Source: Octopus vulgaris (lineage: Eukaryota). From it: a DNA stretch of 64,000 bases. Position 1 is the first letter of the stretch, and the number at the start of each line of letters is the position of its first letter. Both the position numbers and the translations under genes were made by a program. Below, piece by piece: positions 1-13,354 of the stretch. Under the pieces are notes generated by a model. It saw only the letters and a list, made by a program, of their open reading frames with translations. It was not told where the DNA came from and made no database searches. The stretch spans positions 41,788,001 through 41,852,000 of the forward strand of contig OX597821.1 of the NCBI GenBank assembly GCA_951406725.2, read 5' to 3'.

Positions 1-74
1 CTCAAAATCTCTCTCTCTTTCTATATTTATTCCGTGTATCAAATATGATATATGTATATATTCCATATATCACA

Positions 75-139
<65 letters not shown>

Positions 140-281
140 TGTATGTATGTATGTATGTATGTATGTATGTATGTATGTATGTATGTATGTATGTATGTAT
201 GTACGTATGTATGTATATATCTATGTCTATCTATCTCTATCTCTATCTCTCACTCTCTCTCTCCCTCTCTCTCTCTCTCTC

Positions 282-339
<58 letters not shown>

Positions 340-512
340 TTCAAAAGACGAAGACAGGTGGTGTAGACAACAAACAGATGCATTAGTTTAACGTTCGGGA
401 AGGGAAAAAGTCTTTAACGTTTCGAGCCTACGCTCTTCCACAGAAAGGAACACAGAAAGAAACAAGGAGAGAAAATAAAGAATGTGTAGTGGCTAGCCAT
501 CTATCATGGCGA
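340..512 (-). mobile_element. Short microsatellite-embedded repeat, family H1 (Penelope pLTR/retrozyme-like) with hammerhead-like motif at 412-447
   Basis: Reverse complement reads cttt-ctgtgga-a-gagcgtaggctc-gaaacgtt-aaag; homologous to five other copies in the window; abuts (TA)n. Confidence 0.75.
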
Positions 513-850
513 ATCCGTATATCACATACAAATAATCAGAAAATAAGCTAAAAATGTGGTCCAATCGATGTGTTTGTTAATCTGAGGTTTTCTCCATTTT
601 CTGATTATTTGCATTGGTTCTTGATAAACTCTTGTTTATCCTGTTGTTACTGAACACCAATGCCCGGAGATAACACCGGTAACGGATACCGATAGTATAT
701 ACGGATATTTTATCCCTTAGACGGTTATTATAACCGTTAAGTCTATTTACACAATATGTATACGTATGTATATATATATATATATATATTCCGTATATCA
801 CATGATATATATACATGTATATATATATATAATATTTGTATATCACATGA

Positions 851-886
<36 letters not shown>

Positions 887-1733
887 TGTATGTATGTATG
901 TATGTATGTATGTATGTATGTATGTATGCATGCATGTATGTATGTATGTATGTATGTATGTACGTATGTATGAATGTATAGCGAGAGAGGGGAGAGAGAG
1001 AGAAAGAAGGATAGAGTGATAGATTGATAGTTATACGAGAATGAGGCTAAGTAATACTGCGTATATAACAGCATATGTTATTATGTATCAATATAAGATA
1101 AAAAAAATTGTTGAAAATGTGCACAGACGCAAACTCACACACACACACACACACACACATGTATGTTTGTATGTTTGTATTTGTACCAAAGAGATGTTCT
1201 AATAAAGAATGTTGATATTTTTTAATCAGATTGTATATCCAGAGATAAACAAAGCGAACATAAAAGAAACTACATTAATTTTTATTTTCTTACATTTTCA
1301 TCACGCGTTTTATGATCTCTTTGTGTATCTACAAAACCATCTGTTCAAAATATGAAAACATTTGTTTAGTCTTTGGTTGTCTTTAACAGAGTCCATTCGG
1401 TTGTGAAAATGCCTGCCGGGTTTCGAATCTGAGAATAATTTAATCCCGTCTTTCAAACAGTTCAGGAGTATTGCAAAAGGTCATAGGAGCCATGGGTGCC
1501 GCTGTCTTCCTCGGATTTAGCCATAGAGAATAAGTCCTGTAATGTTCTGCTTATTTCATCATTTTAAAAATTCATAAAGACGGGTAGATAGACAGACAAA
1601 CAGACAGACAGACAGACAGTTAGATAAACAGACGGACAGACAGACAGACAGATATTGAATTAGGTAGGTAGATGGAGAGTGAGAGTGAGAGAGATAGAGA
1701 GAGGCAGAGAGACAGACAGATAGATATTGAGTC

Positions 1734-1768
<35 letters not shown>

Positions 1769-1812
1769 TAGTTAGATAAACAGACGGAGGGACAGACAGA
1801 CAGACAGATAGG

Positions 1813-1913
<101 letters not shown>

Positions 1914-1939
1914 CGCCATATATATATATATATATATAA

Positions 1940-2140
1940 TCATCATGATAGATCGTTAGCCACTACACACATTTTTTTCTCTCCTTGTTTCTCTCCTTGT
2001 TTTTTCTGTCCCTTTCTGTAGAAGAGCGTAGGCTCGAAACGTAAAATACTTTTTCTATTCCTGAGCGTTATACTAATACATCTGTTTGTTTTGTACACCA
2101 CCTGTCTTCGTCTTTTGTAGTTGTTTTTTCGTAAACTCTG
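1940..2140 (+). mobile_element. Family H1 copy, hammerhead-like motif at 2012-2047
   Basis: cttt-ctgtaga-a-gagcgtaggctc-gaaacgta-aaat; lies between (TA)n and (GATA)n. Confidence 0.75.
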
Positions 2141-2143
2141 CCT

Positions 2144-2256
<113 letters not shown>

Positions 2257-2357
2257 CACGCGCAAATATAAGTATGTATATGTATTTTTATCTTTTATTT
2301 TTTACCTGTTTCATTCATTTGACTGCGGTCATACTACGACATCGCTTTGAAGAATTA

Positions 2358-2568
2358 TTAGCATGCGGGGCAAAATGCTTAGCGGTATTTCGTCTGCCGT
2401 TACGTTCTGAGTTCAAATTCCGCCGAGGTCAACTTTGCCTTTCATCCTTTCGGGGTCGATTAAATAAGGACCAGTTACGCACTGGGGTCGATGCAATCGA
2501 CTTAATACTTTTGTCTGTCCTTGTTTGTCTCCTCTATGTTTAGCCCCCTGTGGGCAATAAAGAAATAA
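2358..2568 (+). mobile_element. tRNA-derived SINE family A, 5'-truncated
   Basis: B-box-like gagttcaaattcc, central gcctttcatcctttcggggtcgat, tail gtgggcaataaagaaata shared with about 15 copies. Confidence 0.85.
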
Positions 2569-2677
2569 ATATAACTGTTCTATGAAGGGGATTAGTAAAT
2601 ATCTTTTGAAATTGAGTAGAATGTAACGAAGTAAGTTATTCTTTTATATGTTGCTATCATTGTGTGTTTTTGTGAAG

Positions 2678-2763
2678 CATCCTGGTTAGGGGAATGTCTG
2701 TTTCATTAAAATATGAAATTTATATCATATTATTGGACGCGTCTCCGAAACGGCCCGTCGATG
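2678..2763 (+). ncRNA. Degenerate type-I hammerhead ribozyme motif in an AT-rich pLTR-like segment (about 2570-3360)
   Basis: catc/gatg stem I, ctggtta (two changes from CUGAUGA), gggga...tctcc stem II, gaaa-cggcccg-tc. Confidence 0.45.
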
Positions 2764-3389
2764 GAACATTATCTTCGTGTATTTGTATGTCCCGTTATTG
2801 TTGTATAATCTCAAATTTTCCACTAGACTCCGTGTTGTTACTTGTGAATCTTTATTACCTTGTATCTTATCGTGTGAATTAATAATTAGTGTGTGAATTA
2901 TTAATTCAATAAGTCTTATATCATGTTGATGTTTTATATTTTGCCTGTGTACTTATATATATGAGCATTTTTGAATATTTTTAAATACCTACGAGTTTTT
3001 ATATTATATCATATCGACGTTTTATATCTATTTGTTTATCTATTTATGTATTTATATATTTATAATGCCAACGTATTTTTAAATATTTGCGTATTTTTAA
3101 ATATCAAATATTTATATTTTTATATACTTGTATGTTTTGATACTGTATTATCTGGAATGTTATATTGATTGACCAATGTCCAATGAAAGTACACATATAT
3201 ATTAAATATTCTATTGGATAATAGGTCGTGTTCCTTTAGTTTTCTGCTGGTATTGCCTCCATTGAAATTATAAATTGGAACTTAGCTCCATTAGAGCACT
3301 TTAATTCTAACCTGTTTCTGAGCTTTGTTAAAATTAACAATCTCTACATAAAATTGTATAATTTATATATATATATATATATATATGCA

Positions 3390-3635
3390 TATATGGGTAC
3401 AGGACGTCACCAACTGTGCAAAGAACATGGAATACGTAAAAACAGGGCGAGTAAACAAAGAGAATAGACCCTTCAACAGTTGCCGGCTGTCTATCTACTC
3501 CTCATTTCGAACATTCAGTGACGATATGAATCTCCAAAGACAGTTGCTTCCATAAATTCTAAAATAAAATTTAGGATTTATTGACGGTCAACGTTGGTAA
3601 CAAAAACAGGACTGTTGAGAAATACTAAGAAACCG

Positions 3636-3636
<1 letters not shown>
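3390..3636 (-). mobile_element. Non-repetitive insert within (TA)n, probable Penelope-like terminal fragment
   Basis: Flanked by (TA)n on both sides; minus strand has cgaaa...ctgttgaagggt hammerhead-core-like words but no complete fold was seen. Confidence 0.35.
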
Positions 3637-3680
<44 letters not shown>

Positions 3681-3684
<4 letters not shown>

Positions 3685-4020
3685 TAAATTAGAGATAAAA
3701 CCACTATTAGGCAAATCATACAATGAAAAACTTAAGCCAATACATAAGATTAATTAATTTATATTATTTAAATATATATCAAAATTATTTAAAAAGATAA
3801 TTATATTAATTATCTTTTTTAATAATTTTGATATATATTTAAATAATATAAATTAATTAATCTTATGTATTGGCTTAAGTTTTTCATTGTATGATTTGCC
3901 TAATAGTGGTTTTATCTCTAATTTAATATAATATAATATTTTACTATAAAATTGGATTCAATTCTAAATCTGATTTTTCCCTGTAAGTTTGGATTTATTC
4001 CCTAATATTTTATTATTTAT
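3681..4020. mobile_element. Fold-back element family P1: about 123-bp near-perfect arms (3681-3803 / 3806-3929) plus about 90-bp unique tail
   Basis: Direct inspection of arms; tail tttttccctgtaagtttggattta shared with the 16762 and 17542 copies; embedded in (TA)n. Confidence 0.85.
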
Positions 4021-4027
4021 ATATATG

Positions 4028-4220
4028 CCATCGCCATGATTGACCGCTAGCTACTAAAGCTTTCATTTTTTATTCTCTGTTTAATTTTTCGTGTTCTTTT
4101 CTGTTGAAGAGCGTAGGCTCGAAACGTAAAAGACTTTCTCACCTTCCCGAGCGTAAAACTAATACACCAGTTTGTTGTTTACACACCTGTCTTCGTCTTT
4201 TGCCTTTTGTAAATTCCAAC
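4028..4220 (+). mobile_element. Family H1 copy, hammerhead-like motif at about 4096-4133
   Basis: tttt-ctgttga-a-gagcgtaggctc-gaaacgta-aaag; (TA)n on both sides. Confidence 0.75.
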
Positions 4221-4315
<95 letters not shown>

Positions 4316-4319
<4 letters not shown>

Positions 4320-4514
4320 ATAATTAAGGGTAATGAATAGGTATCATCATGCTTGAAATAGCAGTCAAAACTGACTCTAAAGCCACTTCATGTATTCATA
4401 TAGCATAGGTGAAAAGATAATTGAACTAAGAAATTAACGAAAAATTTATGGTTAATCCCAGATCGACGATTTCTGGCTTAGTAATAAAATGTTTCAGGAC
4501 CCTTAATTATAATT
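4316..4514. repeat. Insert with 16-bp inverted ends (aattataattaagggt / acccttaattataatt)
   Basis: Inverted match seen directly; gaaatagcagtcaaa shared with the 47016 fold-back. Confidence 0.55.
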
Positions 4515-4644
4515 GTACTTATATTATTATATACCTATATTAATTATTACCTATACGGTTATTTTCTTTCATGTTTGCCGCTTGATATGATCGTTATTTT
4601 AAATGATGGTCTTACGCTCTTTGTATTATTTTTCTTTTATTTTA

Positions 4645-4873
4645 TTGTTTTATTTGTTTCAGTCATTTGACTGTGGCTATGCTAGGGCATCGCCTTTAGT
4701 CGAGAAAATCGACCCCCACGATTTATTCATTGTAAGCCTAGTACTTATCCTATCGGTCTCTTTTGCCGAACCGCTATGTTACGGGGACGTAAACACTCCA
4801 GCATCGGTTGTCAAGTGATGGTGGGGTACACCACAAACACGCAAACACACACACATATATATCTATATAGATA

Positions 4874-4922
<49 letters not shown>

Positions 4923-5116
4923 GACGGGCTTCTTTCAGTTTCCGTCAACCAAACCCATTCACAAGGCTTTAATATACATTAAAACAAACCTTTAAATTCA
5001 GGTCAATCTGTGACCAGAATTTAACTTTTTATTTTAATATTTACTGTTCCATTCTTTAGAGTATGTTTCTTTCTTTTGATATATCTAAAGAAACATATCG
5101 ACTATATATCTATATA

Positions 5117-5213
<97 letters not shown>

Positions 5214-5405
5214 ATATATATATGTATATATATATATACACACACATGACAGGCTTCTGTCAGTTTCCGTTTACCAAATCCACGCGCAAAGCTTTGGTCG
5301 ATCCGAGGCCATAGTAGAAGACACTTGCCCAAGGTATCACTTAGTTGGACTGTAGCAGGAACCATATGGTTGGGAAGCAAACTTCTTACCACACAGCCGC
5401 GCCTG
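4645..5405 (-). mobile_element. tRNA-derived SINE family B (CORE-like, internal microsatellite), interrupted or two partial copies
   Basis: Head on minus strand ggctgtgtggtaag...accttgggcaagtgtctt (CORE-like); 3' half cagtcatttgactg. Confidence 0.8.
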
Positions 5406-7454
5406 CGCGTGAACTACAATGCTATAATCTCATAATAGCCAAATTATTCTATTTTACGGAAATGGATGAAAGGAACTTATGGCGCGTGAGTCTTCGCTGC
5501 GGGAGACCTGCGAGTCTTACATCCGGTTTGTGTGTTTGTGACTGTTGTTAAAGAACGGAACCAAATTCTTGGAAAAAATCACTCAAGTCAAACCCAAGAA
5601 ACGATTTAATTCAGTGGAGAATTGTCCCCTGGATTAGGATGAAAAATAGCCACCTTGCTGTACATGATATTTGCTCATAAGTTGGGGTTAGAAGAGGGTG
5701 AGGGCGGGTGCTGTAGAGGTGTGGGTTGATAAGAGGGTAGAGATGGGGATGGTGGGGGGATTAATTTTGAAATTATGCGCGGTCAGTTGTATGTTGTATG
5801 TTGTACTAAAATTGGGTAAATCTTATATTAATTCCCCCAGACTGTGATGGTGGGGAGATGCTCCAACATTTATATTTCTGCTGTTGTCGCCCAGTTTGCA
5901 AAGGTATAACTACACTCGTGAGGACAGGGGGCGAAAACCTCGCTTTTACCCTTTAGATAAGCGCCTGGCTGAAAAGAGTTCGCTAATTTGATTCGTTTCT
6001 CAACTAGAGTCTGAGCCTTCGTCAGTTTCTCAGAGTTATCTTTCTCATTTAACCTCTCCTTCTCTAATTCACATATTTTGACATATATCCCCTACTCTTA
6101 TGCAAAATTATATACGAAGAAATTACTATATATATATATACATAAAAGTACATTGCACTGCTAAAATAATACCTTTCACATAGCAGGTTAGCGCTCGTAT
6201 ATTTAAAAATAAATCAAAACAGATACAATAAAGAAGATATTTTTCTTCCGGCATGTATAAATAGTATTTCTGGAAATATGATGTATTCATAGAGACATTA
6301 CCTGAATCGGATATATATCAGATGAATTGGAAGTTAAGCGTACAAAGACACAATATTACGTCACCTTTATCCCATCATTAATATCCAAATATAGTCTGTT
6401 TTAAATTTTGATTTGGTTTTCTTCTAATTTTTTGTTTTCTTTTTCTTTTTTCATGACAGCCGAATTTTTTTCTAATGAGTGACTAAAAACAATTTCACGG
6501 TCTAATCACCTGAGTGTATTCATTAATGAAATACCTGTTAGCTGTGTAGATTTCTCACGCTGTATATCTGAATATAGGTTACCGAGCAACCGTTTTGATG
6601 CACCATAGGTTTCGTGTTCACTTAGATAAACGATTGCGATTATTTCAAACGACAGAACTCCAACACTGATCATTCTTCGTCTCGCAATAAATAAGCGTCA
6701 TGGAGTCGCTATTACGGTTTATTAACCCAAGACCAACCCGTGCACATTTATGATCAAAGGCATTCAAGCCATCATCCTGTGTTGTTTTGGTAACGGTCCA
6801 AGATGGTCTTCTTCATAATTTCCTTTTACTCAATTTCACACCCAAGTCTTGAGCCAAGCGGAGGCTATGGAAAAAGATATTTGATGAAATCGGATCCAAC
6901 TCAGATGGAATTAGCTTGTTGAAATAAATCTACGACTCTCGGTTGTTTTAGCAAATTTTGCCCTTTTCCGGCTTCATTGTGATGGTACATTGCTTTTAGA
7001 TTTAGGGACCAAAAAAGATTTCCCGGTTTTAAAGATGGTTTGGTACTTTTCCGCCGAAGGCTTGGTTACTCCGCTGAATAGGTGGAACAATCATCTAACA
7101 CCACATTGTACTTCTAAAATGGTGTTGTTTGTGATGTGTTCAAGGGTTGAGAGAGAGAAGGGGTGTGGTTAATTATCTCCCTTCGCAACGACGTGCTCTT
7201 TGCAATCACGTGCTTCAGGGTTGGATGCCAATAAGCAGAACGTTGGCACCTTGTTTAATGTCTTATACTTCAGTTTTGAGTTGATTAGTTCCTTGGGAAT
7301 GGGATTTCATTCACCGAAAGTATGAGGAGGCTTGTCGTATACAGGTGAGTAGGGTAACTTTTGGATACCCTACAGGATGAAACAAGATCCGTCAAAGGGT
7401 GGATTAATTCACCCAAACACATGCCATGAATATATGCATCAGGTGTGAGTTTGT

Positions 7455-7610
7455 GTGTAGGTAGATAGGTAACTAGGTAGGTAGGTAAGTAAGTAGGTAG
7501 GTAGGTAGGTAGGTAGGTAGGTAGGTAGGTAGGTAGGTAGGTAGGTAGGTAGGTAGGTAGGTAGGTAGGTAGGTGAGTGTGTGGGTTTAGGTAGGTAGAT
7601 AGGTAGGTAT
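7455..7610. repeat. (GTAG)n microsatellite
   Basis: Direct. Confidence 0.95.
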
Positions 7611-7769
7611 ATATGAGGACTTTAAAATTTCTGGTTTGGTACCCAAATGTGCATTTAGCCTAGAAGAGCGAATTCGACTCTAAGCCATGACAAAGACAAT
7701 TAACTCAAGAGATGACCAACTCCAATAATAAAGGTTGGCGTGTGTTGTCCATTGTATTTGCGCCAAAAA

Positions 7770-8125
7770 TTTGCATCAGCTTTCTGCTAGCAATGGAAAC
7801 AAGAGCAGCTTTTCTTACACAAGCCTTCACCACTGAAAACAAATCAAGTGAGTGGAGAGTCTTACAGCATACATCGAACGACTGGAGATCCAAGTCTCTT
7901 TCATTGGAATTTCAACATCAACAACAGGGTATTTTTGTATGTATATATGTACAGATTTATGTTTTATGTGTGTATTTTCATTCATATAGTTGCATATCTA
8001 GACGTACGTACGTACGTACGTATGTATGTATGTATGTATGTATGTATGTATGTATGTATGTATGTATGTATGTATGTATGTATGTATGTATGTATGTATG
8101 CATGCATGTATGTATGTATGTATAT
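7770..8125 (+). mobile_element. Unclassified interspersed repeat ending in (TATG)n; second copy inverted at about 13880-13995
   Basis: ttcattggaatttcaacatcaacaacagggtatttttgtatg matches the reverse complement of 13880-13935. Confidence 0.55.
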
Positions 8126-8147
8126 GTGTGACCCTTCTGTCCGGCAG

Positions 8148-8360
8148 TCGCCGTGATAGATCGGTAGCCACTACACACATTTTTTTCTCTCCTTGTTTCT
8201 CTCTTTGTTTTTTTTTCTGAGTCCCTTTCAGTAGAAGAGCGTAGGCTCGAAACGTAAAAGACTTTTTTCTATTCCTGAGCGTTATACTAATACATCTGTT
8301 TGTTTTGTACACCACCTGTCTTCGTCTTTTGTTTTGTTTTGTTTTTTCGTGAACCCTCCT
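8148..8360 (+). mobile_element. Family H1 copy, hammerhead-like motif at 8225-8260
   Basis: cttt-cagtaga-a-gagcgtaggctc-gaaacgta-aaag (one extra core mutation). Confidence 0.72.
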
Positions 8361-8762
8361 ATGTATATATGTATGTATGTAATCCAAGCTGTGTACTCTT
8401 CAAGCACGTCTGCCTATTCCGGTTCTCCAAAATTGTATTTATTACTTTGCGTGAGGTGTGCATAAGAGCTGAAAAATACTGGGAAATAGTTTTTGCAGAG
8501 TAATTGCATATCAAAACACGAGACAGGAAAACTTTTTTGGTATTATTTATTCCTCATTACACATTATTGTTTGATTCTGAGTCAGAAAGATTTTCTGATA
8601 GGAAATTTCTTGCATGTTTTTTCTGTATATGCAATTTTCTGATTCCTTTTAGCAAATGAAACACGTGTAATGGTGACAAAATAATACCAAACACTTTTTC
8701 CAATCTCTTGTTTTGATACATATATGCATACCATACATACACTCACATACACACACGCGCAC

Positions 8763-8800
<38 letters not shown>

Positions 8801-8860
8801 GTATATATACATATATTTGTTTTAAAACTCTGAGCGAGAGCTATACAATAACAGTACCAA

Positions 8861-9151
8861 ATGGTAATGTTTATATGCCAACAGAATGTGGCAGTCCTAT
8901 AAAGGACGATGTTGCTGTTGTTTTAGCCCCAGGAAAACATGTTTCCACCTGGCCATCGACATACGGTCTACCTCTTTTGTGAGTGTCACGTAAGGCTAGA
9001 GATGGGATCGATGACCTCTCTTGAAAATGCTATACGGACACTGATTCTGTGTCGACGACCAGCTGGAAAAGATGTTTTCCTAGGGCTAAAATAACAGTAG
9101 TATCGTCCTTTATAGGACTGCCTCATTCTGTTGGCTTATAAACTTTACTAT
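8861..9151. mobile_element. Fold-back element family P2, about 100-bp diverged arms
   Basis: tgccaacagaatgtggcagtcctataaaggacgat...ttagccccaggaaaacat versus its reverse complement at 9070-9151; homologous to 59977-60130. Confidence 0.75.
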
Positions 9152-9199
9152 ATATGTGTGTGTGTGTGTGTCTGTAAGTGTGTGTGTGTATGTCTGTGA

Positions 9200-9249
<50 letters not shown>

Positions 9250-9527
9250 ATAAATGAAAAACAAACTGCGCTAAGAGAAATAACTCAGAGTAGCCAGGTG
9301 CATGAATTTGGACAGCAAAGACGAATAACGGTAAGTTAAATACGATACACTATAAATTCTTGATTTATTAAAATTACTTTTGCTTCGAGAGAATGTAAAC
9401 AAATACCTGGTGGTAATTACGACAGATTCCGTATGAGAAGGGAAGATAAGCTAAAGGAATCAACAACTGTCCAGAATCGACGATGAATTCAGGAAAAAAA
9501 AAACTTATTTTAGAGTCAAGACTACAA

Positions 9528-9615
<88 letters not shown>

Positions 9616-9623
9616 CTATTTAT

Positions 9624-9687
<64 letters not shown>

Positions 9688-10754
9688 GTATCTATCTATC
9701 TCCATCTCTCTCTTTCCCTCTCTCACATACGCAGACAAAAAATTAATAAATTCGCTTAGCATTTTTAAGGTCCCAGTTTCGCTTCTGTTGAATGACATTT
9801 TGGGTAGAGTGTCGACCCACACTCATAAGTGAGATTAAGTAGACGGAAACTGCATAGAAGCCCATCGAGTGAGTTATACCTGTAATTCATGAAGGTACCA
9901 CCTTATCATACAATGCGTCACGCTGGTTCCACTTGAGTATCCCGTTAAGGGAACACGTCTCCATGACATACTCAGGCGCTTAAATGCTGAGCCAATGAGT
10001 CGGTCACTCAGTGACATAATCATAACATTATTCATGCAAAAACTAATGAAAATAGAATTCAGTCGGTGAGTCACAATGAGTTGTATATAGCAACCGTATC
10101 TAGAGGTGATACGATATATCAATTGATATAATATGATATAAAGAAATGTGTTAGTATGTTTGGTGTGTTAGTATGATGTGGTTTTTTCTAGATAGCTGGG
10201 TTACTAGTTTCATATTACACCCGACGTATGACACGTAGACCATAAATTTATCATTGGACTTACTCAGTGTTCATGGTCAAGACAAATTTCCCACTCATGG
10301 AGTCTTTGAATGCTTAGTGCCTATTCTGAGAAATCCAAAAATCAGAAATAACCCTGAGTCCAATGTGTTAAGTCTCCTGCTCAGAAACTCAACAAAAGTG
10401 TACCAATTTTTACATAAAATTCGATTTTATGACAAATGAGCTGATTTTTCAAACTTGATTAGAATCGGTAAATTTGTGTCGAGTATTAAAACAGTACAGA
10501 AACAACCGTAAATAAAGTATTCCAAGCACTGATAACAGATTTTAGAAATGGTATTTTTTTTCTTCACTGTTTCACTAAAGATCTGTGTCAGGAAAAAAAG
10601 AACATATCAAAATTATACCAAGAATGCAAGAAAGATATGAAAGCTGACCATAACTTAGATTAATGAAGAAGATGAATATATCTTAAGATCTTATCTCTAC
10701 TCCAAAAAGGAATTTCTTCTAATCTCTAATAGGAAAAGTTTTGTCAGGAGTAAC

Positions 10755-11008
10755 GTGTGTGTGTGTGTGTGTTTGTATGTGTATGTGTGTGTGTATGCGT
10801 GTGTGTGTATATCTGTGTGTGCGTGTGTGTGTATCTGTGAGTGTGTGTATCTGTGTGTGCGTGTGTGTGTATCTGAGTGTGCCTGTGTGTATATAATTGT
10901 GTGTGCATGTGTGTGTATCTGTGTATGTGTGTATATATGTGTGTACGTGTGTGTATCTGTGTGTGCGTGTGTGTATATAATTGTGTGTGTGCGTGTGTGT
11001 GTGTGTGA
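10755..11008. repeat. (GT)n-derived cryptic minisatellite
   Basis: Recurring gtgtgtatctgtgtgtgc and tatataattgtgtgtg units. Confidence 0.85.
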
Positions 11009-11428
11009 ACAGAGCGAGACAAAGAGACAGAAGGTAATGAGACGTAAAGACAAGATATCAATGAAATATTTTGTCAGGGTGTGTGTGTTATCATTTGTAT
11101 AGACCCCAATGTATTACTGCTATTATAGTTGATCAATTAATCAACTTCAGAAAGATCGAAGGCAAAGTTGATCCCATCAGGATTTGAATACAAAACGGAG
11201 ACGTAGAGTAATGTTTTGTTTAACGGTTCGGTTAGAGAAACAGAAACAGGACCCCTAACACTGTCCGGGGCTTCCATTAAGGGTGGGAAGACCAGAGCCA
11301 GAAAGATGTCCTCACCCTGAAGAGATGACTTTGTTAATTGCAAACATAGTTTATTCCACTAATGGCAGCCAAGGTCCAGAAATTAGAATTAAATCAAAAA
11401 CACGGACTGAATTTATGAGCCAGGAAAG

Positions 11429-11500
<72 letters not shown>

Positions 11501-11689
11501 ACGGTTTCCCACGATGATTTTGTCTCTATTAATTTTCATTCGGAAAACTTTGGTCGACCTGAAGATGCGACAAAAGAGATATTTGGGCAGATGATACCTC
11601 GTAACGAGATCGAACCTTAAATTACATGTTACAAAGCCAACATCTTCAGTCCACGTCTACACCTATGCATGTAGCTCAGTGTCCTTTGG

Positions 11690-12420
11690 TGGGTGGACAG
11701 TTAATTAAATAGATTCCAGTCACTCAGTGATGTTTCATTTTATCGCACCCAGAGGAAAGAAAATCAAAGGTAACTTCGATGAGATTTGAACCCAGAACGT
11801 AAAAAGTGAAATTTAATACCACCGTGCATTTTGTAACCAACTTTATGACGAATTCCCAATTTTCAGTTCTTGGAATTTGTAAATATGAATAACCTGTCTA
11901 CTATAGGCTCAAGGCCTGGAATTTTGAGGGAGGGGCTAAGTCGATTATGTTCACCCCAATATTCAACTGGTACCTATTCCATCGACCCCCAAAGGGGTGA
12001 AAGGCAATGTCGATCTCAGCGGAATTTGAACTCAGAACGTCAAGACGGACTAAGTGTCACTAAGCATTTTGTCCGCGGTGATAACAAATCTGCCAGCTTA
12101 CCACCTTATTTGTACATATTGATTTCAAATTTTAGCACAAGGCCAGCAATTGCAGAGGAGGAGCTAAGTCGATTATATCGACCCCAATGTTTAACTGGTA
12201 CTTATTTTATCGACTCCGAAGGCAAAGTCGGCCTCGGCGAAATTTGAACTTATTTGTAAATATTAATAAGACCAAATAGTGGGAGTAAATTAATTTGACT
12301 CGATCCCAAACATATGACTGGTACTTATTTTCACCACCTGTCTCATCCTCGAACTCCCGCCCCTTCGGATTGGTGACATGTTGAGTCAACCTCGGCAAGG
12401 TTTGAACTCTGAATGTAAAT
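11690..12420 (-). mobile_element. Cluster of about 4 older SINE family A-related copies in the same orientation
   Basis: Repeated ctggtacttattttatcgaccc...ctcggcggaatttgaactcagaacgt. Confidence 0.75.
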
Positions 12421-12842
12421 GAGGAAGGTTCGAAACTAAAACGTACAGAAATGCATGTAGGCTACGGGTGCGTGCTATCTGAGACAATATCAACTGCATT
12501 CAATATTATGGTTATTAAAGAAATCGAATAACTTACCGAAATTTTTGTTCTAGGATTGTTTTCTCATTTACCAAAACAAAAAAAATTGTTCCTTGTATTT
12601 GTATTTCTGATGGAAATATCACCTGACTTGAAGAGGAAAAAAATGTCGAATTCAAAAACAGAGAATTTAGAATAATAGAGAAATTGATAAAAATTGGTTC
12701 TGTTTATGACAAATTTCAAACTAAGAGTGACAAGCTTTACGTTGATTCAGCTTTTATGTAAAACTTCTCAGTATTTCATCCGTAAAATGACTTCACCGGC
12801 CAACAGAACCAACGCATAGTCATACACACAAGGCACACACAA

Positions 12843-12913
<71 letters not shown>

Positions 12914-12957
12914 CTCTCTCTCTCTCTCAATCTCAATCTCTCTCTCTCTCTCTCTCT

Positions 12958-12991
<34 letters not shown>

Positions 12992-13003
12992 CTCTCTCTC
13001 TCT

Positions 13004-13058
<55 letters not shown>

Positions 13059-13279
13059 GCTATTTCTCTCGCACATAAATGTATGTTTATATATACATGT
13101 GTGTGTGTGTGTGTGTGTGTTTGTGTGTGCGCCTGTATCTGTGTGCGTGTGTGTATACATTGACACGGATAAAGAAATAGCATAAACGTATTAATGTATA
13201 CACATCAGAAGAAAGACGTTTAAATATGCCACTACACGTTTATACACACCGCACACACAGTTATACACAAAGCACGCAC

Positions 13280-13323
<44 letters not shown>

Positions 13324-13354
13324 ATATATATATATATATATGTAGCTTTTATTT

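Noticed and set aside
8861-9151. Twister or HDV-like ribozyme in the P2 arms (gtcct..aggacga)
   Set aside because: Required pseudoknot pairings and conserved residues not found by eye
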